A stretch of DNA of 63,651 bases, filler included, from Salisapilia sapeloensis CBS 127946 (Eukaryota > Protista > Oomycota): NCBI GenBank assembly GCA_023334545.1. It is 9 parts of 9 records of this genome, joined end to end, with 100 filler letters (N's around TTAATTAATTAA, not from the genome) between each part and the next. Parts side by side here need not be neighbours in the genome. Positions count along the whole stretch, not along the records: positions 15,514 to 38,556 come from JAADVB010000270.1; 8 more parts are not named here. One strand, given 5' to 3'. The position numbers and the translations under genes were made by a program. The notes under the pieces are model-generated. The model made no database searches. It was not told the DNA's origin and saw only the letters and a program-made list of their open reading frames with translations. This document shows positions 22,236 through 35,400 of the stretch, piece after piece. Positions within the stretch are counted from its first letter, which is position 1, and each line of letters begins with the position of its first letter.

Positions 22236-23994
22236 ATGGGTGAGCGTGATGGTCTTCTCGACCGTGACAAGAGACATCAGTCCGAGTATGATTCGTTACG
22301 AGCGGAGCTGGAGAGGTCGTGGTCAGATACGGATAAAGCTCTGGAGCTAAGTATCGGAGAGGTCGTGACACCGGATGAAGAAGCCAATGCAAGCTTTAGC
22401 TGGTCGACGTTATGGGCATACGCTGGCCCGGGATGGCTCATGTCCATTGCGTACGTCGATCCTGGAAACTTGGAGAGTGATTTACAAGCAGGTGCGTATG
22501 GAGGATACCATCTCATCTGGGTCCTCTTCGGATCCACCGTCCTCGGGTTCTTCCTGCAGGTGCTAGCAGCTCGACTTGGTGTGGTCACTGGACGAAACTT
22601 GGCTGAAATGGCCACGATAATGTACCCTCGTTGGGCTTCACTGACACTCTGGATCATGACCGAGATCGCCATCATCGGAAGGTAGTCTATCCTACAGTAT
22701 TTTAGGTAGCTACACGCTAACATGGAGTGTGGACACCATTTAGTGACATCCAGGAAGTCTTAGGCTCAGCCATCGCATTTAAAATCCTCTTCAACTTCCC
22801 TCTCTGGATCGGATGCTTGGTACGTCGACACTTTCGCCTTCATAAAGCTTATTCTAACTCCCGTCTTAGATCACAGGACTCGATACTTTTACTTTTCTAC
22901 TACTACATCGCTACGGCATTCGTAAACTAGAAGCCTTCTTCGTCTCACTCATCGCCATTATGCTCGTGTGCTTTGTCGCGAACTCTGCACAAGAAGGTGT
23001 CTCACTTACGGCACTGGCAGGTGGATTCGTACCTCGCGTAGAGCCATACGCTGTTACACAGGCCGTAGGTATCCTCGGTGCAGTCATCATGCCACATAAC
23101 ATCTTCCTCCACTCGGCACTCGTCCAAACGCGTCGAGTGGATCGTCGAAACTACGCCAAAGTGCGTGAAGCGAACAAATATTTTGCCATCGAATCCGGTG
23201 GCGCGTTGCTTATTTCCTTCTTTATCAATCTAGCTGTCCTCACGGTCTTTGCCCAAGGCTTCTTCTCCCCAGACTGTACTCCGTCATACAAAGAGGATGG
23301 ACTGAATACTGCCTGTGTGCCGGGAGGTACTGCTTTTGGACCATCCTACGGCGACTGTGTCCTGGCGAGTGATGTCCATGGACAAACGGTAGGTCAATGC
23401 CAAGCCATCGGTCTCTCGCAAGCTGGCTCGGCACTCAGTGGTATGCTCGGATCATACGCTGAGGTCATTTGGGCCATTGGGCTCTTGGCAGCCGGTCAGA
23501 GCTCTACCATGACAGGCACATACGCCGGCCAATTCGTCATGGAAGGCTTCCTTGATCTACGCATTGCACCGTGGAAGCGAGTGGCACTTACGAGATGCGT
23601 CGCACTCGTCCCTGCGCTGATTGTAGCGGTGGCGAGTCAGGAGCATCCAGCCGAAAGCGATCGACTAGACGAACTACTTAACGTCCTACAGTCGATACAA
23701 CTCCCATTCGCACTGCTACCTGTCCTCGTGTTCACTAGCTCAAGTGAGATCATGGGCTCGAACTTTGTCAACGGCTGGAAGACCGTAGCACTAGGCTGGT
23801 CGCTCGGGCTACTCGTCTGCGTCATCAATCTCTATCTGATCGGTGTCAATCTAGAAGACTTGGCATTAAGCACCTTCAGCCTCCTTCTTCTCGCAATTGT
23901 CGGCGTCCTCTACTTTTCCTTCCTCGGCTACCTCGTCCGAGATGACTTTAAGACTGTCTACCACTGGACCCGATCCCGCATCTGTCGTACATAA
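22236..23994 (+). CDS. NRAMP: NRAMP divalent metal transporter, multi-exon
   Basis: GPGWLMSIAYVDPGNLESD, EIAIIG|SDIQEV (intron about 22683-22741), GAVIMPHNIFLHSAL, GQSSTMTGTYAGQFVMEGF, QSIQLPFALLP. Confidence 0.96.
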
Positions 23995-24280
23995 GCTATA
24001 AATCCAACCTCGACCATCGCTTTCATCAGCGAAGCTGCCACCTTTCGTTAAGATACACTACTCGTATCCATACTCATCACCCTTCGCTCTAGTACCACAT
24101 CGTCTAGTCGTCTCCTCTATGGCATGCAGTAGTCTGTACGCAGTAACCTAGTTTCCAGGTTTCAAGAGGGCTAAAGAACGAGAAAAGAAAGACGAAAACG
24201 TGATAAACGCATCAAATCGCATTGATAGCAGCGTTATATGGTGAAAAGATAAAGACGTTCTGCTTCTACTCGTACTCGTC

Positions 24281-25420
24281 TTACGAAATCTCATCTGCCG
24301 TCGCGTCAATCCGTTTCTGGAGCTCAAATTCGTTCTCGACAAGCGGTCGAACGTCTTTCGCATCGACCAATGTGGATAAAAATGGTACGAGCTTCAGCAA
24401 TTCTTCATCCGAGTCATCGTCATACCACGTCTCGATCGGAATCCCATTGCTCACTTGATACCCGAACGCATGAGGCGAATTATCGACTAGCACCACCTTT
24501 TCCAACGGTCTCCCGAGCACATGCAAATCTTTCAAAAAGTTCCCAAAGACATCTAAACACCCTTCACGATAGATACGATGGTGAATGTACGATCCTTCTG
24601 CATCCAACAAGTCCAGTAGCTTCTCGGCGTACGCGCGATGGGAAGCTGTGAAGACAACGACTTCAAAGAGAGACGAAACAGTACGTAAGAACTCATCTAA
24701 ATGCGGCCGCTTCTTCACGCTCACGGTATAGTCCGAGCCATTAAACGTGACGGGGAACTTAAGATCCGGATCTGGCGTGTCTTCGATGCTGCAGTGCACG
24801 AGCGTTTCGTCTAGATCGAGGACAAGACAGACGTTCGGTGCGTCCTCCGATTTCGGAGGTATCACAGGCGCACGAGGTGTGTCTCCTACTACATCCTCGT
24901 ACTTTGGTAGGGTCTTAATGAATAAAAACGGATTAAACTCTGGCTCGGTCTCTTCCTCTTCCTCTTCCAACGTTTCCACATCCGCTTCGACACCGTCTTC
25001 CAACCAAGAATCCTCACACTCCTTTATCTTGTCTTCCTCTTCACTCGATGATGCCTTCACCTCCACCTTACTCTGCGCTGGAATCTCACTCGCACCAGCA
25101 GACTCGAGCTCCTCGTCCAAGTTCTTACGAGCTTTCGTCACTTTACTCGCGACTGGTTTCTTCAGAGCTGGGGAGAATAACTGCTTCTCTTTCGGCGGCT
25201 CTTTCCCAGGTGAAAACATCCCATCCAATGTCGTCTGCCGCTTGTCATCCGGACGCTGCTTCGCGTTCTTCCGAGTCGACGTAGTCTTGGCACTAGCCAC
25301 TCGAGGTCGCTTTAAAGGCGTCGATGCAATGGGAGACGACGGGTCTGCGTAATTCCCTTTATAAGGCTTCTTATGACTGCTAGAAGACCCCATCGACGCG
25401 TCTGATGCCCCCGTGGGCAT
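24281..25420 (-). CDS. CTDSPL2: CTD small phosphatase-like protein (SCP4/CTDSPL2), HAD phosphatase
   Basis: LVLDLDETLVHCS, RPHLDEFL, VVFTAS, FLKDLHVLGR, LVDNSPHAF; disordered N-terminus. Confidence 0.92.
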   Translation of the reverse strand: MPTGASDASMGSSSSHKKPYKGNYADPSSPIASTPLKRPRVASAKTTSTRKNAKQRPDDKRQTTLDGMFSPGKEPPKEKQLFSPALKKPVASKVTKARKNLDEELESAGASEIPAQSKVEVKASSSEEEDKIKECEDSWLEDGVEADVETLEEEEEETEPEFNPFLFIKTLPKYEDVVGDTPRAPVIPPKSEDAPNVCLVLDLDETLVHCSIEDTPDPDLKFPVTFNGSDYTVSVKKRPHLDEFLRTVSSLFEVVVFTASHRAYAEKLLDLLDAEGSYIHHRIYREGCLDVFGNFLKDLHVLGRPLEKVVLVDNSPHAFGYQVSNGIPIETWYDDDSDEELLKLVPFLSTLVDAKDVRPLVENEFELQKRIDATADEIS

Positions 25421-25469
25421 GATGCGTCCGAAATTTATTTATCTTGGTTTCACTATTCAATTATCGCGG

Positions 25470-26384
25470 ATGGAACTGAGCGCCAAGGAGCGACAGGTGC
25501 GGCAAATGGCCGCGGGGGGAGGTGCTGGGATCTTATCCAAGACCGTCGTGGCCCCCTTTGAACGCGTCAAGATCGTTTGCCAAACGGGAGAAGCCGTCGG
25601 CATGATGCGGACCGTGAACGATATCTGGGCCTCGGAAGGCGTACGTGGGTTCTGGCGAGGCAATGCTGCTGCTTGTGTACGCGTTGTGCCGCATAAAGCT
25701 ATCCTATTCGGTTGCTCAGACGTCTACAAGGACCTACTGCGGTTTATCGTGCCGCCGCAGAACACACCGACGGGACTTCCCCCGTGGGCATCATTTGCTG
25801 CTGGCTCGATGGCAGGATTCTCTGCTTCAGTCTTGACGTATCCGCTCGATCTAGTGCGAACGAGGCTGTCTGGTAGAATCGGGAAGAACATCAAGTACAA
25901 TAGCATCGTACAGACCTTTGTCGTTACGGTGAAGCAGGAAGGACCTCGTGCCTTGTTCCGTGGTATCGGCCCTACGCTCTTCGGTAGCATCCCGTACGAA
26001 GGTATCAAGTTTGGGACATACGATACGTTCAAGACGATATACGCCAAAGTAAGACCAGTGGACCCAGAGTCGACGTCGTCTCCTCTTGTAAAGAAACTAG
26101 AACAGTACCTAAGTAAAATGGTTTGTGGTGGAGGCGCTGGTCTTGCAGCGACGATTGTCATGTATCCAAACGACACGGTGCGTCGGAGGTTACAGATGCA
26201 AGGTCAAGACGGCGAGACGAGGTTGTACAAAAATGCAGTTGATTGTTACCTAAAGCTATTGCGGAAGGAAGGGATTACTGTGTTCTACCGAGGCATGGTC
26301 CCGACACTTGTACGTGCGATCCCGAACATGGGTGTCCAGTTCGCTTCCTACGACTTTCTAAAAGGATTATTCATTCCGAATTAG
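25470..26384 (+). CDS. Mitochondrial carrier (SLC25), CoA/adenine-nucleotide carrier-like group
   Basis: Three signature repeats: APFERVK, YPLDLVRTRL, YPNDTVRRRLQ. ATG at 25470. Confidence 0.92.
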   Translation: MELSAKERQVRQMAAGGGAGILSKTVVAPFERVKIVCQTGEAVGMMRTVNDIWASEGVRGFWRGNAAACVRVVPHKAILFGCSDVYKDLLRFIVPPQNTPTGLPPWASFAAGSMAGFSASVLTYPLDLVRTRLSGRIGKNIKYNSIVQTFVVTVKQEGPRALFRGIGPTLFGSIPYEGIKFGTYDTFKTIYAKVRPVDPESTSSPLVKKLEQYLSKMVCGGGAGLAATIVMYPNDTVRRRLQMQGQDGETRLYKNAVDCYLKLLRKEGITVFYRGMVPTLVRAIPNMGVQFASYDFLKGLFIPN

Positions 26385-26451
26385 AACGGACAAGAGGAAA
26401 GAAGCATTCGAATGACATCAAGACGAATAAAGAGCAAGAATAGACTCCGTT

Positions 26452-28937
26452 TTACCCTTCATCATGCTCACCACCTTCTATCCCTTCCATCTCTAAGAAA
26501 TCGTCTGCATACTCTCGTTCGTCGTCATTAAGCACTGCTTTCATAGCTTTCTTATCGCTCTTAAACACCTTTTTCACTACTGTCTCCAATGCCTTCTTCT
26601 TGTGCTGCTGTCGCTGGAAATCCGTCGTGAAGCGCTCCATGAGCGAAGGACGAGAAGAAAGAGATTCCTGTAACCGCTCCTTGTTACGTCGAATCGCCTC
26701 TCGGAATGACTTGCGCTGCTCCTTTGCACGTTCGATCGCCACTGCCTCTGCTTCCCGTAGATCCACAAACCCACCAGCATACTCATCCCGTTTCCTACGC
26801 TCTGATTCGATTACTTCTTCCTGGAGTGCCTTACTTGCTGCTTTCATCTTCAGTCTTCGTAGCTTCTCCTCGACTTCCTCTTGCTCCTTCTTCTTTTGAG
26901 CTGCCACTGTCATCTCCACTCGCTTCTTCACTCTCAGTTCATCCGCCTTGGTCGGGCGTACTCGAGGTGGTGCCCCACTCGCCATGACTTTGTCAAATAA
27001 CCGCTTAGATGCTGCTTCTTCACGATGACGCTCTTCCTCTCTCTTTGCTGCCATCCGCTGACGTCGAGCTTCCTTTCTAGCCTGTAGCTCTTCTAATGTC
27101 GCCGCGCGGCTTGTAAAGAACTCTTTGGTGGTAGTCGCGTGTTGCTGTTCAACGACACGTGCTCGAGTCTTTTGAAGCTTCTTTTCCCACTTGGAGTGAA
27201 GTGCATCAAAGTCTGGCACCGGCTTTGGACGTCGTTGACGCTTCCTCTCTTCTTCCTCTTCAGCTTCTCGTAGTTGCTGCTTCATACGGATGGTAATCTT
27301 ACCAGGAGCCACAGCGCAGTCACCTGCTACATTGCCTTCCGACCGAGTACGCTTCAGAATCATTTGAATTTCTTCAGGAGGAAGTGATCGAGATGTAGCT
27401 GATGCCATGCGTGGTGGTAACGCAGAGACAGAGAGCAGCTCAGTCGATCGTTTCTTAATTCGCTCCGATCGTTCCATCTCTCGAGTAGCTTCCGGACTGA
27501 TATAAGTACTAAGCGGAACTTCTCGAGATTGCACACGTTTTGCTGGAGAGAACTCCATATAAAGCTCCTTTTCTAACTCCTTCGTACGCTCTTCTTTCTT
27601 CTTTCGAGCAGCTTCCTGACGCTCGAGTAATCCTATAGGTGGATGGGCATTATGAGCTCGACGAAGTCGTCGAATCCGTTCCGCCTCGACTAGAGCAGCT
27701 TCAGCTTCTCGTCGTTGCTTGCTACGTACAGGAATGATGTAAGAGCATGTGTATAAGATGTTGGTACGTACAGAAGAGATTCTTACTCTTCAAAGTATGA
27801 ACATGATCGTCGTGTTTGATCTAGGTTTCCACTTCGCTCTTGAAGAGCTCTTCTCAAGTCCCATGTCTGTAGGGATGATTGTGTTTTCTTATATGAGGGT
27901 GCTGGTTTCCTCTCAATCTTCGCAGAAACGTAATCAAATACTGGGGACGATATCGCTAGCATAATTAAAAGTAATAAGATACTTATGTAGGAACATGATA
28001 AGTTATAAATACCTTCAGGGGATTGCCATTCATCCGGCTCATCAAATGGGGGAGGATCATAGTCACTCCCATCGCTTTCCTCGTACTATATCATACGCAT
28101 GTAAGGTCAGTGGTATGCAGTTCTGCTTGGTCAAACAAAGAGACTACTCCCTTACCTTGCTCTTATCATAAGGTGGTAGGCATTCGTCCCATTCATTCTC
28201 CTGTGTTTCAAATGCACCTTTCATGTCATGAAGGGCAAAAGCTTGCTTTGAAGGAGATGTAGTGTATCTTGGTGGACGCTTTCTTTTTGCTTTATCCTGT
28301 GGTTGCTTACAACTCTTTCTGTGTCGTTCCGCGTCAGCTTTCTGCTGAATTAGTTTCGACAATTTTGTTTGTTCCGCACGCTTACTCTATCGCCAGTGCA
28401 AGCGTGAGTGGTAGCCGATCAGTCGTATTATACTTTCATTGCTTACTTTACGCATTTCCTTAAGTTCTTCCAATATCCCCTGTCCAATTTCCGGGTTCTT
28501 AAGCGAGCTCCATCGCGTCTGCTTGTCAAATACCACCATATCCATGTCTTCTTCACTACTATCGTATTCGTCCATCGGTGGTGGTGGCGTGTGAAGCCAC
28601 GATCGATCGGGCTTTGGACGCTTTGACACCTGGCTTACCTCATGCGATTTTGAATGAGGCTGTCGCTTGATAGTATCAGTACCCACAAATGATCCAGGTC
28701 TCCGTACTTGTGCACTCTTGGGTCGCTTCTGTTTAGACTTTATCTCTTCCTTGATGCGTCTTATTTCTGCTTCCTACATCATCTAAATCAATATACGACG
28801 GACAAGTGTCTAGATATATCACCAGTTACCTCTGCATGCAGCTCTTCCTCGGAAACGATCCGATACCGGCTTTGGTTATTTGTCTTTGCATCAGATGGAA
28901 AAGAGATCGAAGCACCAAGGTCAATCACACTGACCAT
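26452..28937 (-). CDS. FAM161: FAM161-like (UPF0564) ciliary/centriolar coiled-coil protein, multi-exon
   Basis: RPKPVPDFDALHSKWEK, VRPTKADELR and RPSLMER are FAM161-type motifs. Upstream exons join via GT-AG introns (e.g. ELHAE|EAEIRRIKEE). The start at 28937 is tentative. Confidence 0.7.
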
Positions 28938-29099
28938 GATGTACCAGCTTTCCTCTCGTAGAAATGCTTGAAAGCTAAAAATATGTGCTGGACTGAGACG
29001 AATTATATAGTGAACATCGAAAACTGTCACCATAAGCGTTTGGTAGCGCGATATTGAAAAGGTGAGAGTATATTAAGTTGAACAATTTTGTTTAGTGCA

Positions 29100-30400
29100 C
29101 TAGTACATGATGCTTCGCACTTGTTTCGTTTGCCGAAGTTTATCGCGAAGTTTCCGCCTAGCTGCGCGTTCTGCTTCCAGCGACTGCGAGACATCCGAAT
29201 TGAGGTAGATGCTCGGTAAGGCGAGTCGCGTGGGATATTGAGACGTCTCATACTCTGAGTTGTCTTGAAATGAACTTCGGCGTCTTCTTCCAGCATCCTC
29301 CATGTCTTTCTCTGTTATCCCTTTATTTCCATCTTCCGGTTTCTCGGCCTCAAAAGCTGTTCGCGAAATTGGTTTTAACTTGCGCTCTGGTTTCTTCGTA
29401 GATTTCTCCGCAGCGACATCGCGCAGAGATCCGCCGAGATTTCCAAGTGGACCTTGGAGACTTCTATTGGGTGGTCGACTGATTAAATGTGACGAAGACT
29501 TTGCCTTCTTCTTGATTATCGGATGTGGGGAGCGCTGCATGGTCATGCTGGCTGGGTCCATCGACATTAACTCCTCCAAGGACTCAATTCGAGCCAAGTC
29601 CGCAAACACAGTCTTGAATGTATTAGCGTCGGAATCGAATATTGTCATCGTGACCCGATTAAACAATTTGAACAAGAACGATTCATAGATTTCCACACCG
29701 ATGCCAGTCGTCCAAATATCCACCTAGCACAATGCTCACGTTCAATTGAAGATAACGTAGATACTACAGAAACATACGTACGACTTCGAACAGAGCACGT
29801 GTGAAAGCTTCTTTCGTCATACCCCCCTCCTCTGTATTACCACTATCTTTCTTCCAATCTTTCTCGACGATCTGCCTTGCCTCTCCCACTGAAAACTACA
29901 CAACGCACACATCCCGTATCCTCAAATGAAAGTCTCATTACATCTATATGCAATAGTACCTCTTGTGGTGACACTAACGCCTTGTAGAACTTGATAAAGA
30001 CATCAACATACTCTGTCTTCCCGATGAGGTATGAGCCATTTCGAATAGAAGGAAACGTATCCCAGAAGTGGTAGATCGCACCAACCACGCGAGGATTCTC
30101 TAGTAACTGCATTCGACGTTGCAAATTCTCCTCTGTATAATACTCCTGGTCACCTTGCTTTCGATAGGAACAAGTCGGAGATGGCAAGCTACTCCTTGCC
30201 GTCTTGGATAGAGTATGCTGTCCTGCATCTGCTTCATGAGTGAAGAGAAGATGTAGCTGACGCCTGCTCTGAACAGTGACAGATGTCTTCACTTTGGACA
30301 GTTGCGGCACAAAGCAAGCGATAGGTCCATCTTCCGGTTTCTCCTCCGTCTTATTGCTGCGAAGACTAGCAGCATATGCAGACGGCGTCATGCCAGCCAT
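29100..30400 (-). CDS. Unknown protein with a degenerate EF-hand-like pair, multi-exon
   Basis: YYTEENLQRR..IYHFWDTF..GKTEYVDVFIKFYKAL|FSVGEARQIVEKDWKKD..FTRALFEV|VDIWTTGI..YESFLFKLF joined by two in-phase introns. The 3' end is uncertain. Confidence 0.6.
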
Positions 30401-30562
30401 GTTTAAAATTACGATAGAACAAAGCCTACAACTTCATCTACACTATCATCTAATTATAGCAAGCGCATGGTATATGTAAAAGCAAAGCAAGTAAATAGGA
30501 GTGGAAAAATGTTTCGTCTGGAAGCTTGGGCAGACAAGATCTGTGCAAGTCGAGACGAACGT

Positions 30563-32125
30563 CTATTGAGCCAATTGAGCACTGTCAAGTGCTTTCTTGA
30601 AAACATTCCAGATCGTCTCTGGATCTTCCAGTCCAATGGTAATACGAACGAGGTTACGGTCGACACCACACGTCTCGACGTAGTCGAGTTCGTTATAGTG
30701 CGCCAAGTACGGAAACGGGCATGCAAGCGTGAAATTCGTGCCGAGACTCGGCCCTTTTGCGATTTCGACATTGTCATAGAACCGCTGAGCAGTCTCGAAC
30801 CCACCATGTAGCACGATGGACAAGAGCGGACCAAACCGAGGCGTATCCTCGGATACTGAATCATCGAGCAACTTTTTATAGTTGTTCACATCCGGGTTGA
30901 GCTCTGGGTAAAACACATTCTTAACAAGAGGATGAGACTCAAGACGCTTTGCAATGATACTCGTCGATTTGTTCACTCGATCGAGACGTGAGCGTAGATC
31001 CTTGGACGTTTCCACCAAGACTTTTGCATCTTCCAAGACGATGAAAGATTCATTTTTGCCTTCCGTCGTCTCTAGTTGTTTCTGCACAGAACCATACACA
31101 GCACTAGTCGAGTTCAGTACCAAACTACCTGCCATGACAGTACAAGTGCCACTAAAGAGTTTCGAAAGACTCGTGACGACCATATCGGCGCCATGGTCTT
31201 TCATCGGATCGACATTGTAGGACGCAACGGTGTCATCTACTACCAGCACCGAGTCATGCTCATGTGCTAATTGTGCGAGCTTCTGAACGTCTGGAGACGC
31301 CAGAAGCGGGTTGCCTGGGAATTCCGTGAAGATACCCAAAATCTTTTCTTTCTTAAGAATCGTCTCTACCTCCTGCATCGCCTTGTCATCACACACAGGG
31401 AAGAAGTAGACGCCATTCTCACACCACTCTGGTCGCTGGAGGATCTTGAGCGTATCGACGTATGGGAATCCAAAGAGAATGCTCTTCAGTTCCAGACCTC
31501 GTGTCTGCTGCAAGAGTCTCACGGCAGCAAACATAGCGCCCATACCAGTCGGATAAACCAAAACGTCTTTCGATGCATCAATCGCAGTCGTCGTGTAGAG
31601 ACTCGCGACACGCTCACACAAGGCTTTATGCGTCTCTGTCCCGTTCATCTTCGGTGGCTCTTGCTGACCATTTTCAAGAGCCTGGAGCACATACTCTGCG
31701 TGTCGAGATGATACGATCTCACCACTGTGCTGCCAGAACTGCTTGGCAATCGATTGCAATTGCATTGGGAATTGGACGGCCCATATAAGACGTTCTACGT
31801 GCTGGATTTGGACAGCGTCTACGTCGTTTGTGTAGTTTCGCTGTAACATTTCAGCAAGACGTTTGGCAGATGACTCACATGGCAGCACTACAACATCCTG
31901 GTCCGCTTTGCATTGAACGTACTTGTCCTTGACGACCTGAATAAGCTTCTCCACTTGCGGATGCTTGGAAAAGCGAGGATAGCCACAGGCCAGCGCATTG
32001 ACCACACGATCATCTCCTTCTTCATAGCCAATGACATCAGCCCACTTGGGCATCGATACAGACAAGGCATGTCCATGCTTGGGCGGCAAAGACTCGCCTA
32101 ACGGGACGGTAAGAGGCAGCTCCAT
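30563..32125 (-). CDS. STR2: Cystathionine gamma-synthase, fungal Str2/Met-7 type
   Basis: PLGESLPP..HALSVSMPKW, GYEEG..CGYPRF, FTEFPGNPLL, PLP-lysine TSLSKLFSG, KGPSLGTNFTLACP, AHYNEL, LVRITIGLE. Confidence 0.92.
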   Translation of the reverse strand: MELPLTVPLGESLPPKHGHALSVSMPKWADVIGYEEGDDRVVNALACGYPRFSKHPQVEKLIQVVKDKYVQCKADQDVVVLPCESSAKRLAEMLQRNYTNDVDAVQIQHVERLIWAVQFPMQLQSIAKQFWQHSGEIVSSRHAEYVLQALENGQQEPPKMNGTETHKALCERVASLYTTTAIDASKDVLVYPTGMGAMFAAVRLLQQTRGLELKSILFGFPYVDTLKILQRPEWCENGVYFFPVCDDKAMQEVETILKKEKILGIFTEFPGNPLLASPDVQKLAQLAHEHDSVLVVDDTVASYNVDPMKDHGADMVVTSLSKLFSGTCTVMAGSLVLNSTSAVYGSVQKQLETTEGKNESFIVLEDAKVLVETSKDLRSRLDRVNKSTSIIAKRLESHPLVKNVFYPELNPDVNNYKKLLDDSVSEDTPRFGPLLSIVLHGGFETAQRFYDNVEIAKGPSLGTNFTLACPFPYLAHYNELDYVETCGVDRNLVRITIGLEDPETIWNVFKKALDSAQLAQ

Positions 32126-32447
32126 CGATCGGTTCAGGAATGCGCAACTGTGTTGGTCGAAAAGTGATGATAAGAAGCCAGTTGGTGTCAGAATAGGATA
32201 CAATCTATACGTATTGATAAAGAGAGGACACAAGTGGTATAGAAAACTGTACCCTAAAGTATCAAATATAGTAGATACATCCTAAAATGGCAAATCATAT
32301 CATCTTCTGATAATCTGACTCAGCACGACTGTTCTTGTGGCAATTGAGTGGCCAGTACTTCCTATCTTGATCCTGTATGTGTGAGCTATCTTTAGCTTGA
32401 TGAGCTAGTAACAAGGTTGAAAGAGTTATTTATTTGAACAAAAAGCC

Positions 32448-35400
32448 ATGAATAATGATGGGTCTTCAGCTCAAAGGAGGAAGTCTGACATTGCATCCAA
32501 GACCCAGCTGCATCACAAGCTTTCCAAGCATCCATCGACGGATGAGTCACCTACGCATAAGGGGAAGAAGACGCCACGTCGAGTTATGCATTCGATGGCA
32601 AACATCCATCCTCGGAATGCTCGAATTCAAAAAGCTTGGGTCGTCGAGTCGCCCCCGAAGCAAGCTTTCCGTCCATACTTTGGTGACATGTTCAGTACAC
32701 GTGGCGAATATGTCGATGGCATCTTGTACATGTCCCGCATGAAAAGCGAACTCAAGCGTCATCTAGACCTTGGACCGATAGAGGAAACACCGTCAGCGTC
32801 TCGTAGTCAAGTTCGCCAATTACTCCACTCTGACATCAACGGTGGAATGACCGGTAGACAAAAAAGTAATAGCGTGGAGGAAGCTGATGCTCTCACCTCT
32901 TCTAGTCCATGTGACAACAACGATGAGCTAAATCAACCAAATGAAGCTACTCAGGAATTGCAACTACGTGAACAGTGTGCACGAACATTGAGTAACTGGA
33001 GCCGGAACGTCGAAAACGCCCGTTTAATGATCGAAGAAGGCGTTGTAAACTCACTTGCGCACTTGAGTCATCCATATGATGAGCACACTTGTCTTCACTG
33101 CGTCACGACGATGCATAATCTGTCAGAAGTCGTTGAGCTGCGCAATCGCATCGTCCAACAGGGCGGTGTCAAGACCATCGTGGAAATTTGGAGCAACACC
33201 GTCAAGGACGAGTACCTTGAATTCCTCTGTGCACTCACGCTCTCCAACTTCTGTTCGAACATGGGTGAAGAAGAGCGTATCGTGACAGACGGAGCTGTAG
33301 GGGCTTTGGCTTCGCACGGCACACATAGGCCTCAGCTTGCCATGGTCTGCTACTCTGCGCTGTTTAACCTCACTTATGCGCGTGAAGTATACAATCGAAT
33401 GGAAATTGTACTGAAAATGTTCATGACTATGGTGTCTCCATCGCACACAAATGCAAGGAGAGCGATTGCGTCAAACCTTGGAGCAGACGACCTCATCCTC
33501 CAAGCTTTATGTAATTTGTCCAACCACGCGGCTATGAGAAGTCGATTGATTGAGGAAGGAATACTCACCAGCATCTCTTCTTTCATTCGACCGTCCATGC
33601 CAGCGAACCAGCACCTCATAGCCTATATCCTTCTCAACCTATCATCTTCGAAAGCATGCCGTCTTGATATGATGACGAGAGGTGCGATGAAAATGATACT
33701 TGTCGTCGCGAATGCCGCGCATGAACCAGATACGAAGAATATGCTTGCGCAAGTTCTTTACCATTTGAGCAAACCTTATGAAAACCAGAACCGAATGATC
33801 ATGGAAGGACTACTAGTGATCATTAAGGAGCTGTGCTGTAAGCATGATGAAGGAGAGGATGACGGATCGGACACGGCAAAAGTTTGCGTTCGAATACTCT
33901 ACACATTATCAGCTAGTAGCGTTTGTCGCCCAAGGCTTGTGGAGCGTGGCGTTGTCAACATTCTCGCAACTCTTTCGGAAAAGTTAGCTCCGTCCAACTC
34001 GATCCAATTGTGTACACTTGCCTTGTGTAACTTTTTAAGTGAAGAGCAGGCTGGGATGGACATTGTACAGACAGGTGCGATCACATCCCTCTTCGCTCTG
34101 TGCCAAGCTCCGAATCACAGCCTTGCAACCAAACTTCTCTTTGCTCGCTCTCTTCACGGGATTTGTAGCAATCCAAAAACACAAGTGTCCGTTTCTTCCG
34201 ATGAAGTCATCCAGGCACTTCTCCCATTAATGAATATGGATGCTGATAACTTAGGTGTAGCTGAGGCACGTGCAGGCGCGAAGAAGAACGTGCCAGTCAC
34301 TGAGTCTACCAGGACGGTTCAAGCTCGAGAACCTGAGTTAAAGAGCGCCATTCGTCAGCATTGTGTCGCGGCCTTGGCGCTTCTTGCATTTGACACAGAT
34401 ACGATCCAAAGCATTGATGACACCATTGCATTGGATTCGGTAATAGCCGTAATGAAGGCCGAGTATTCTAACGAAGCTATTCACCAACTATGCTGCACGT
34501 TTTTCAGTCTATTGGCTTATCACGAGCAGCATGCAAACATGCTTGCAAGAACTGCCATCGACGCGATGCTGGAGCGTTGTCTTGAGACGTCCAATGTGAT
34601 GTCGAAGAAGTATTGTTGTCATGTTATCGCTTCCATGTCTTGTCACCAAAGTTGTTGCTCGGTGTTGCTGGAAGCCGGTAGCTTGGCAGTGCTGTCCAGA
34701 ATGGTGCACCAGCACAAGTCAGATGCATTCATCCTGCGTTTGTGCTCCATCGCTCTGGTTAACATGTCATCTGCATCGTCTTTATGCCAATCGCTTTTGT
34801 CCTCTGGTGCATTGTTCATCTTGTCAGGTCTAAGCAACTCGTATAGCGAAGATATACAGAACGATTGTTCCAAAGTGCTATGCCATCTTTCCAATCTAAA
34901 GGAACAGGAGGATAGACTTGTGGGCGAAGGCACGCTTGGTGTACTTTTCATGATTGCCATGGTCCGTGCAGTGAGTAGTGAGACGAAAGAGATTTGCCTT
35001 CGCTCTCTCGTGAACTTACTCGTTCCCTCCACTGTCGACAAAATGATTCAAGAGGGAACTGTCAAAATGTTGCCTATGCTATCGACAGCTAGTTCCCAGC
35101 GGTCAGGTGACACAGCTCTGCGTTTATTTTGTAAACTGTTTGCTTTCGAAACAGGTCGCAAGGCAGTATGTGCTGATTATCCGCCGCTCAAGTCTCTTTT
35201 GGATCTGCTCAAAGCGCCTCCAGTAACGTCGAAGATAGCAGCATTACAAGAGACACTCTTGAGTGAACTAGTGTTCTATCAAGACACGCGGTCTCGAAGT
35301 GTTTCTGCTGGATTAGTCGAAGTCCTCTGTGCTGCAATCGCTCGCATTCGAGAGCAAGAGAGCGAAGATAGCGGATGTGCAGCGCGTGGATTGACACTTG

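Noticed and set aside
30454-30864. ORFs overlapping the 3' end of cystathionine gamma-synthase
   Set aside because: Alternate or antisense frames of a conserved gene without independent support.
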